Below, piece by piece: positions 47,697 to 54,513 of a DNA stretch of 64,000 nt. Under the pieces are notes generated by a model. It was not told the DNA's origin and did no database searches. It worked only from the letters and a program-made list of their open reading frames with translations. Origin of the DNA: an uncultured bacterium (GTDB taxonomy: Bacteria > Patescibacteriota > Minisyncoccia > Phycocordibacterales > GWA1-40-21); NCBI GenBank assembly GCA_963804975.1, contig CAWDSG010000002.1, forward strand, positions 208,991-272,990. The letters run 5' to 3'. The translations under genes were made by a program, and so were the position numbers. How positions within the stretch are numbered: position 1 is the stretch's first letter; each line of letters opens with the position of its first letter.

Positions 47697-47818
47697 GAAT
47701 TTTTCTCCTTTTCTAAGAACTTGTTTCTATTGAAAGATTACATAAAAAAGCAAGTAAAGTCAATAAAAAAACCACAATTCTAAAATACAAATTGTGGTTT
47801 TAGGAAACGAAAAAACGA

Positions 47819-48136
47819 TTATTTTTTTTGTCTGATTGCAAGTAAATAATTTACGTAAACTCTGAAGACTCTTGTAACAGAGTTTCCACGGAGAATACAG
47901 ATAACCAGTTTAATCTTCGCCATGTCTTCCTTTGGCGGAAGAAGATTTCTTTTTTGAAGATCAAGCAAAACCTTAATATCAACTTTCGTTAGTGTGTCCG
48001 GAACATCCGACGGCTCAAATATTTCTTGAAGACGACCCAAGTCAGTATTGGTAAACCCATAATCACTCCCATATTTTTTCAGGATCTGATTTTGAGTTTT
48101 TTCCTCTGTCTTCCCCCCATCTCTTCTTTTTGCCAT
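47819..48136 (-). CDS. hypothetical small protein
   Basis: 105 aa; GGGAGG RBS; TTGACT-17-TAGTAT promoter (minus strand, 48180-48210); palindromic terminator at ~47763-47795. Confidence 0.3.
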   Translation of the reverse strand: MAKRRDGGKTEEKTQNQILKKYGSDYGFTNTDLGRLQEIFEPSDVPDTLTKVDIKVLLDLQKRNLLPPKEDMAKIKLVICILRGNSVTRVFRVYVNYLLAIRQKK

Positions 48137-48216
48137 ACATCCTCCCTTTTCAATTTTTCAACTCAACTTGATTTCCGAGGTAGAATACTACATAATAAAG
48201 CAAATAAAGTCAAGAT

Positions 48217-50265
48217 ATGAGCAAATTCAAGATAAAAGCAGAATATAAGCCGGCGGGAGATCAGCCACAGGCCATAAACGAGCTTGTGGATGGCATAGAA
48301 GCGGGTCTGAATAAGCAGACCCTTTTTGGCGTTACCGGAAGCGGGAAAACTTTCACCATCGCAAATGTCATAGAAAAAACTCAAAAGCCGACGCTTGTCA
48401 TTGCTCACAACAAAACTCTCGCTGCCCAGCTCGCCCAAGAATACAAAGAATTTTTCCCCGACAACGCCGTGCATTATTTCGTTTCGTATTACGACTACTA
48501 TCAGCCGGAGGCCTATATGCCGATCACGGACACTTATATTGAAAAAGAAGCGATGATAAATGAGGAGATCGACCGCCTTCGCCACGCTTCCACGCAGGCA
48601 TTGCTGACAAGAAAGGATGTGATCATTGTTGCCTCGGTTTCCTGCATTTACGGCTTGGGTTCTCCGGAAGATTATGAAAAGGTAAATATCAAACTCAATA
48701 TCGGCGACAAAACCACACGGCAGGATTTGATTAAAAAACTTATAAATGTTCATTTTAAAAGGACAAACTCGGACATTACCGCTGGCTCGTTCCGCGCAAT
48801 CGGCAATGCTATTGAAGTGATGCCGGTAAATGAAAAAATTCTCATTAGAATTGACCTCGCGGATGACCAGATAAAAAATATCTCGCGGATTGATTCGGTT
48901 TCAAGAAAGCTCGTGAAAGACAGTTTGAAATCAGTTTTCATTTTTCCGGCAAAACATTTTATTACGGATAAGGACCAGCAAAAGCGGGCGATAGCGAGCA
49001 TAAAAATTGAGCTTGAAGAGCAATTGAAAAAGCTGAAAAAGGAAGGCAGGCTTCTTGAAGCGGAAAGATTGCGAAGAAGAACCGCGCACGACTTGTCGCT
49101 CATAAGAGAAGTTGGTTATTGCAACGGCATTGAAAATTATTCAAGGCATTTTTCGGGGAAAGTTGCAGGAGAACCGCCGGATACCTTGCTTTCATATTTT
49201 CCAAAAGATTTTCTGACAGTAATAGACGAATCGCATGTCACGGTTTCGCAGATAAGAGGAATGTATGCCGGCGATGCTTCCAGAAAAAAGACACTTATTG
49301 ATTATGGTTTCAGATTGCCGTCTGCAAAAGACAACAGACCGCTCAAGTTTGAAGAATTTGAAAAGAAAGTCGGACAGACGATTTACACTTCCGCTACGCC
49401 GGGAGATTATGAAAGAGAAAATTCCAAGAAGATTGTGGAACAGATTATCAGGCCGACGGGTTTGATAGACCCGGTTATGGATATAAAACCGATTACCGAG
49501 GTAAAAGGTCGTAATAAATCGCAGGTTTATGATTTTATTGATGAAGCGCTGAAAGTTATAAAAAATGGGGGAAGAGTGATAGCAACAACGCTTACAAAAA
49601 AGATGGCGGAAGATTTGAGCGAATATCTGAAAGACCTGCCTACCGGCCAGGCAGGGAAAGGTAAAATCAAAGCGGAATATTTGCACAGCGAAATAAAAAC
49701 GATAGACAGAATAGATATTTTGACGAATTTCCGCAAAGGCAAATTTGATTGTATTGTCGGCGTGAACCTTTTGAGAGAGGGTTTGGATTTGCCGGAAGTG
49801 GAGTTTATCGGAATTCTTGATGCGGACAAGGAAGGATTTTTGCGTTCAGACACTTCGCTGATACAGACCATCGGCAGAGCTGCGAGAAATATTGCAGGCC
49901 GAGTGGTGCTTTATGCAGACCGAATTACCGGCTCAATTGAAAGGGCAGTGGATGAGACAAATAGACGAAGGGAAAAACAGATTGCTTACAACACAAAGCA
50001 TGGCATTACTCCAAAAACGATCGTCAAAAAGATCCACGATATTACCGAGCATATGCGAAGCGACCACGACAGAGCTGTTGCCGAACTTGTCAAAATTGAC
50101 GAGCAAATGGCAGAAAAAAGTCCCGCAAAATTGATTAAGCAAAAAGAAATTCAAATGAACGCCGCTGTGAAAATCCTGGATTTCGAATCCGCCGCGATTT
50201 TAAGGGATGAAATAGCAATATTAAAGAAACGACCAGAAACCAAACCTACAAAAGTAACAATCTAA
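48217..50265 (+). CDS. uvrB: excinuclease ABC subunit B
   Basis: 'GDQPQAINELVDG', Walker A 'GVTGSGKTFT', beta-hairpin, C-terminal UVR domain 'AAILRDEIAILKK'; in-frame 23-nt element at 49633-49655. Confidence 0.95.
   Translation: MSKFKIKAEYKPAGDQPQAINELVDGIEAGLNKQTLFGVTGSGKTFTIANVIEKTQKPTLVIAHNKTLAAQLAQEYKEFFPDNAVHYFVSYYDYYQPEAYMPITDTYIEKEAMINEEIDRLRHASTQALLTRKDVIIVASVSCIYGLGSPEDYEKVNIKLNIGDKTTRQDLIKKLINVHFKRTNSDITAGSFRAIGNAIEVMPVNEKILIRIDLADDQIKNISRIDSVSRKLVKDSLKSVFIFPAKHFITDKDQQKRAIASIKIELEEQLKKLKKEGRLLEAERLRRRTAHDLSLIREVGYCNGIENYSRHFSGKVAGEPPDTLLSYFPKDFLTVIDESHVTVSQIRGMYAGDASRKKTLIDYGFRLPSAKDNRPLKFEEFEKKVGQTIYTSATPGDYERENSKKIVEQIIRPTGLIDPVMDIKPITEVKGRNKSQVYDFIDEALKVIKNGGRVIATTLTKKMAEDLSEYLKDLPTGQAGKGKIKAEYLHSEIKTIDRIDILTNFRKGKFDCIVGVNLLREGLDLPEVEFIGILDADKEGFLRSDTSLIQTIGRAARNIAGRVVLYADRITGSIERAVDETNRRREKQIAYNTKHGITPKTIVKKIHDITEHMRSDHDRAVAELVKIDEQMAEKSPAKLIKQKEIQMNAAVKILDFESAAILRDEIAILKKRPETKPTKVTI
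49633..49655 (+). repeat. in-frame palindromic 23-nt element (DLPTGQAG) in uvrB
   Basis: gacctgcctaccggccaggcagg. Confidence 0.9.
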
Positions 50266-50344
50266 TTGAAGTTGTTTGTACTGTGGATAACTAAGTGTTG
50301 CAAAAAAGGGTATAATAGGCACGTAAAAGGATCTGAATTTTTTC

Positions 50345-50373
50345 TTGCTAATTAAAAATATTTGTGTTATAAT
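50345..50373 (+). promoter_or_regulatory. sigma70-type promoter TTGCTA-17-TATAAT abutting the Panacea gene ATG (leaderless-type)
   Basis: The -10 box ends 6 nt before the ATG at 50380; no SD. Confidence 0.55.
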
Positions 50374-50379
50374 CAAGGC

Positions 50380-50922
50380 ATGAAAATACCCATCACAAAA
50401 CTTAAGGCAATATTGTTGTATTTTTATACTTATACAGATTCACGACTTCTTGGAAAAGTGAAGTTAATGAAACTGTTTTATTTTCTTGATTTTACTCACA
50501 TAAAAAAATATGGTGTTCCTGTAACATTTGATACTTATGTAAAATTGGAACACGGACCAATACCTTCCACAATAAAAAACCTTATCGATACTGCAGATGA
50601 TGATATTGATAACTCATTCTTATCAGATACAATTTCTATTGAAATGTCTGAAGAAAATAAAATGCACCGTATTGTTGGATCAAGAAAATTCAATGACAAA
50701 GATAGCAAATTATTCTCTGAAAATGAATTAAAAATTCTTCAGGAAGTATGTTTACGATTTGGAGATAAAAATACAGGATATATTGAAAAAGCTTCTCATG
50801 AAGAAGCTCCTTGGAAATTATCAAACATGTTTGATAATATTTCTTATTCTTTGGCGGCAAAAGATACTGATAGTTTGATTTCAGAAGAACAAATAAAATT
50901 TTTTGAAGAAATAACAAAATAA
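50380..50922 (+). CDS. Panacea-domain (DUF4065, SocA-like) antitoxin-type protein
   Basis: 'KLMKLFYFLDFTHIKKYGVPVTFDTYVKLEHGPIPSTI' matches the DUF4065/Panacea core. The track uses TTG at 50362; the first ATG is 50380, directly after TTGCTA-17-TATAAT. Confidence 0.65.
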   Translation: MKIPITKLKAILLYFYTYTDSRLLGKVKLMKLFYFLDFTHIKKYGVPVTFDTYVKLEHGPIPSTIKNLIDTADDDIDNSFLSDTISIEMSEENKMHRIVGSRKFNDKDSKLFSENELKILQEVCLRFGDKNTGYIEKASHEEAPWKLSNMFDNISYSLAAKDTDSLISEEQIKFFEEITK

Positions 50923-50926
50923 TTCA

Positions 50927-51316
50927 ATGGATGGAACTCTTGTAACATTTGGAGACGTTTTTAGATACAACGAAGAATTTTATGTTTATTTAGCATTAAA
51001 CGCAGATGCGGGTATATTATATGCTGCAAGAATATTAAATGAAGGTCAAACCAAGGCGTTTGATAAGATGAGTATTAAAAGTAAGATTGACGATGAAAAA
51101 AACTTGACCTTTTGTTATGTTATGCTCAAAACGGAAAATTTTAAAAATAGAGCGGCTCATTTTTATCAAAATGAACATGAAAGTTCAAATATCTATATAG
51201 AAAAATTTTGTTCACTTGATAAAGAAGATTTAATAAAGATAAAAGCCCAGGTAATGGATAGTAAGGCAATATCTCAAAACTTGAAAGATGCAGTCAAAGA
51301 TATTACTCTGTCATAA
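50927..51316 (+). CDS. hypothetical protein, candidate toxin partner of the Panacea gene
   Basis: 129 aa, starts 4 nt after the Panacea stop, no recognisable domain. Confidence 0.35.
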   Translation: MDGTLVTFGDVFRYNEEFYVYLALNADAGILYAARILNEGQTKAFDKMSIKSKIDDEKNLTFCYVMLKTENFKNRAAHFYQNEHESSNIYIEKFCSLDKEDLIKIKAQVMDSKAISQNLKDAVKDITLS

Positions 51317-51365
51317 CTATAAATGGTAAGGTTGAACTTTGCCATTTATAATAATTTTGATTTAT

Positions 51366-51397
51366 TTGCCAAACTTTAAAACTAAGAATAGTATAAT
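51366..51397 (+). promoter_or_regulatory. TTGCCA-17-TAGTAT(AAT) promoter of module 51405
   Basis: Conserved 'atttgccaaa' -35 context. Confidence 0.5.
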
Positions 51398-51404
51398 TTA
51401 ACAT

Positions 51405-51956
51405 ATGTATATATCAACTTGGATCATTATAATTATAGTTATTGTTGGAATATATTTTTACCGTAAATCCAAAAAGCAAAATAAGAGTATATCAGAAAAT
51501 CAATTGCTAACCGCTGATGAAATGTGGGTACGAGCAGAAGTATATATGGAAAGAGTAATGAGAAAAAGTCCTAATATAGAAAAATATCTGCAAGATGAAA
51601 GAGATATGGTAAAAGCTATGGAAAGAGACATGGTACGCCTTCGGGAACGTTTTAAACATGATCCAAAAAAACAACTTGAGATTGCACAAGGTTGGATGGA
51701 TTATTCTCATGCAGTAGAAAGGATAAAATTTTCTAGAGAGTTATTAGATGTTGATATGGAACATAATGCTTATGATTCGCATGATGAACGAACTAAGGAA
51801 GCGTGGATTACTATACCAGAAATTGCAAAACGAGTTGAAAATATACTTGGAAAAGATTCGAGTTCTAAGTTAGTGCATGACAGGCTTTATAGAAATGCAG
51901 AAGCTACAGGAGAGGTTGTTACTGATTTTGTTCTTAAAAATAAAAATAAATCTTAA
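51405..51956 (+). CDS. membrane-anchored hypothetical protein
   Basis: N-terminal TM (WIIIIIVIVGIYFY), charged helical remainder; own TTGCCA-17-TAGTAT promoter abutting the ATG. Confidence 0.3.
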   Translation: MYISTWIIIIIVIVGIYFYRKSKKQNKSISENQLLTADEMWVRAEVYMERVMRKSPNIEKYLQDERDMVKAMERDMVRLRERFKHDPKKQLEIAQGWMDYSHAVERIKFSRELLDVDMEHNAYDSHDERTKEAWITIPEIAKRVENILGKDSSSKLVHDRLYRNAEATGEVVTDFVLKNKNKS

Positions 51957-52006
51957 GAAATTTTGATATCATTGTTGATTTCAGCAATTTTAATTAATTT
52001 CCCAAT

Positions 52007-52042
52007 CTCCAAAACCAAAATAAAAGAAAATCCCACGAAAAC
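52007..52042 (+). repeat. 36-nt direct repeat, left copy (ctccaaaaccaaaataaaagaaaatcccacgaaaac)
   Basis: About 33 of 36 identical to 52674-52709; flanks the two-gene module 52133-52614. Confidence 0.75.
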
Positions 52043-52058
52043 CGTGCGGTTTTTTTAT

Positions 52059-52087
52059 TTGCCAAAAATACAAACTCGGCGTAGTAT
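52059..52087 (+). promoter_or_regulatory. TTGCCA-17-TAGTAT promoter of module 52133
   Basis: tttatttgccaaaaatacaaactcggcgtagtat. Confidence 0.5.
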
Positions 52088-52132
52088 TTAAGATAGAAGT
52101 AAATTGACTAAATCCGATTCAAGGAGATAGCG

Positions 52133-52381
52133 ATGAAAAAAACATTTAAGAGATTATGGTTGCATGTTTTATTAATCGGCAAGACGTTGAACACTAGTGG
52201 AATCATTTGTTTCTTCAGGCTAAGACACAAGTTTGATCCGATTGAAGTTGAAGCTCATTATTTGCATGCCAAATGTTATCTATGCAAAAAAAAGCTTTAT
52301 TACGCCAAATCTTCCAACGAGTATAAAAACTTGTTGGAAGAAAATTCGCGATTCTTGAAAACGAAAGGAATGGAATCATGA
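52133..52381 (+). CDS. hypothetical small protein (module gene 1)
   Basis: 82 aa; AAGGAG RBS; its stop overlaps the next gene's start (ATGA). Confidence 0.3.
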   Translation: MKKTFKRLWLHVLLIGKTLNTSGIICFFRLRHKFDPIEVEAHYLHAKCYLCKKKLYYAKSSNEYKNLLEENSRFLKTKGMES

Positions 52382-52614
52382 AAAAAGTTGAATTGACATT
52401 TATGGTCGTCCCCGAGTTTTTGAAAAGCCATTGTTTCATCAAAGATCCGGTCAAGATCAAGATCATTGATCCAGGAGCCATTTTTCTTACAGGCATTCTC
52501 GGCGAAAGCGGAAGAAAAATGGTGAAGGCGGGCATTCCATTTTATTTCAAACGGAAGCTTGCCGAACATTTGATCAATAAAGGAATCGCGGTACGAATAC
52601 CAAGCAGGAAATAA
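52378..52614 (+). CDS. hypothetical small protein (module gene 2)
   Basis: 78 aa, translationally coupled to the upstream gene. Confidence 0.3.
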   Translation: MKKVELTFMVVPEFLKSHCFIKDPVKIKIIDPGAIFLTGILGESGRKMVKAGIPFYFKRKLAEHLINKGIAVRIPSRK

Positions 52615-52673
52615 TATCGCATTTCCAACAAAAGCACACGACCTTCTGGTACGGTGCTTTTTTATTTGCTAAC

Positions 52674-52709
52674 CTCCAAAACCAAAATAAACGAAAACCC
52701 CACAAAAAC
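52674..52709 (+). repeat. 36-nt direct repeat, right copy (ctccaaaaccaaaataaacgaaaaccccacaaaaac)
   Basis: See the left copy. Confidence 0.75.
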
Positions 52710-52710
52710 T

Positions 52711-52932
52711 CTAAGGTCTTCGTGGGGATTTTTTTCTTCTTGGCTTGGTTCCCAAACAGCACAAACCAGTCCTTATCTTTTTTGAATGAATCGGATGTTC
52801 TGTTTCAAATCCGCATTCAGGACACGGATGGCCGCGATAAGGTTTGAATGTTCGCGCCTTTACAGATGCGGCATGACCAGTAGACCCATTTAAATTAAAA
52901 AGCAATTCTTCTTTTATAGTTTTAAGTTTCAT
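52711..52932 (-). CDS. hypothetical small protein with zinc-ribbon-like CPECG motif
   Basis: 73 aa; AAAGGAG RBS on the minus strand; 'HPCPECGFETEHPIH...CC'. Confidence 0.25.
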   Translation of the reverse strand: MKLKTIKEELLFNLNGSTGHAASVKARTFKPYRGHPCPECGFETEHPIHSKKIRTGLCCLGTKPRRKKSPRRP

Positions 52933-53000
52933 GGCAAACTCCTTTCGTTTTCAATCTATTTTCAGTATAAACAAATAATAATATTTGTCTAGATTTAAAT

Positions 53001-53028
53001 TTGCCAAAATCCAAAATAGGTGTAATAT
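53001..53028 (+). promoter_or_regulatory. TTGCCA-16-TAATAT promoter of module 53109
   Basis: aaatttgccaaaatccaaaataggtgtaatat. Confidence 0.45.
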
Positions 53029-53108
53029 CCAATCAGAAGCAAAAATCGATAAACCGGAGAAGTTGAGTCATCAGCGCAATCTAAAATTCTTTTGAAAAGG
53101 AGAAAACA

Positions 53109-53771
53109 GTGAAAAAATTGTTCGCCGTCGTCGTTTTGTTTTTAGTCGTTGTTTCAAATGTTTCGGCAGGAAGCAGTGAATTTAAAGTAGGAATCGGACC
53201 GGAAATAAACTGGACGAACGTTCCTATCACCTCTGATCCGACAATTGGAAACGTGGTTTTGGGAAATCCTGCGATAGGGGAGAATATTTTTTTACAGTAC
53301 AGGCCGAAATATCTTTTCGGAACAATCGCCGTGAAAGCCGAAGCGAGCATGTTCGGAAAACAGGACTTTGCCTCGGAGAACCTGAGCGTGTCGGGAAGCG
53401 AAACGACAAGCTCATGTGGCTTTATTTTGAAAGTTTATCCTCCGGTCAAAGGACATATTGAACCGTATGGCGGAATCGGCGCCGATTATGTCAGCGTTAT
53501 AGGCGGATATTCTCGCCCGACAACCCAGACGATAAATATTTACGGCCAATCGGTTGATATTCCGACGATGACCACGACAGCGGTTTGTCTCGGATCATGG
53601 ATACCCAAAGCAGAGGTTGGCGCGGATATATCCATTATCGATGATCATTTCTCAATATATATAGAAGGATTTGATATGTTTTTAAATGAAATGAAAGGCG
53701 GCGAAGCCGATAATCTTGCAAAGAAAGCCAGCAGTATCGGATTATCGGTAGGAGGAGCCATATCGTTTTAA
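53109..53771 (+). CDS. secreted beta-rich protein resembling an 8-strand outer-membrane beta-barrel (OmpW/OMP_b-brl-like)
   Basis: GTG start after AGGAG; signal peptide ...VSA/GS; alternating hydrophobic dyads; C-terminal '...GLSVGGAISF' ending in Phe, as in OMP beta-signal. Confidence 0.4.
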   Translation: MKKLFAVVVLFLVVVSNVSAGSSEFKVGIGPEINWTNVPITSDPTIGNVVLGNPAIGENIFLQYRPKYLFGTIAVKAEASMFGKQDFASENLSVSGSETTSSCGFILKVYPPVKGHIEPYGGIGADYVSVIGGYSRPTTQTINIYGQSVDIPTMTTTAVCLGSWIPKAEVGADISIIDDHFSIYIEGFDMFLNEMKGGEADNLAKKASSIGLSVGGAISF

Positions 53772-53837
53772 TTAAAAAGATATATTAAAATTAAAAACCC
53801 GTTTCAAAGAAAAGAAACGGGTTTTTTATTGCAAAAT

Positions 53838-53886
53838 TTGCCAAAACTCTTATTTTCTTGACTTTACTAAATATTAATGATACTAT
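53838..53886 (+). promoter_or_regulatory. promoter region of module 53925 (TTGCCA context; TTGACT-17-TACTAT)
   Basis: aaatttgccaaaactcttattttcttgactttactaaatattaatgatactat. Confidence 0.4.
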
Positions 53887-53924
53887 TGCTTTAGAGTAAA
53901 ACATCCGCCACGAGGGAGGATCAC

Positions 53925-54371
53925 ATGTTATCTGATAAATCAAATAAGATTGATTTGTCTGAGGAAATTATGTGTGCATTGATATTTGCAAGAAGCATAA
54001 TACGGAAATTTTTTGGCCGAAACATTGTCTTTAAACAAGCGACTATTTATCAAGAAAACAAAGAGGTTGATAGGTATGAAGTCGAAATCAAAACGGTAAT
54101 AAAAACTGAAGATAGCTGCAACCCATTTCTCTTTGGAGTTGTATTTGGTTTTACGCTTGCCGGCACGAATGGCTTTTCGCCTGAACCAAATGGCGAAGTA
54201 GCAATGCGGTTGGTGTACGGTATGGGGAAAAAGGATGAAGACCTTTCTTTCGTTTATAATCAAGGAGGGTTTAATTTCTCCGACAACACACGAAAACTTT
54301 TGAATGAACTACGCGCAAAGATAGGTTTACCAGAAATAGATTTGCCGGAATTCATTCAAAACCCATCTTGA
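53925..54371 (+). CDS. hypothetical protein
   Basis: 148 aa; GGGAGG RBS; own promoter and terminator. Confidence 0.3.
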   Translation: MLSDKSNKIDLSEEIMCALIFARSIIRKFFGRNIVFKQATIYQENKEVDRYEVEIKTVIKTEDSCNPFLFGVVFGFTLAGTNGFSPEPNGEVAMRLVYGMGKKDEDLSFVYNQGGFNFSDNTRKLLNELRAKIGLPEIDLPEFIQNPS

Positions 54372-54434
54372 TAAATATCGACAACGCCCACGAAAAGCCC
54401 AGTGCTTCTCGCGGGCTTTTTGTTTGTAAAATAT

Positions 54435-54463
54435 TTGCCAAATTTATAAACTAAGAGTAATAT
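54435..54463 (+). promoter_or_regulatory. TTGCCA-17-TAATAT promoter of uvrA
   Basis: atatttgccaaatttataaactaagagtaatat. Confidence 0.5.
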
Positions 54464-54513
54464 GCTCGTACATAACCCTATGGGGCAAACCCGAGGGTAA
54501 TTTGGCTTTATAT

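Noticed and set aside
51366-54463. TTGCCA-type -35 promoter motif as an island-specific cassette promoter (integron Pc-like)
   Set aside because: The same TTGCCA-16/17-TAtTAT arrangement occurs upstream of the KH/trmD genes (34602-34629). It is therefore more likely this organism's general sigma-70-type consensus than a mobile-element-specific promoter. The modular layout is still reported as a finding.
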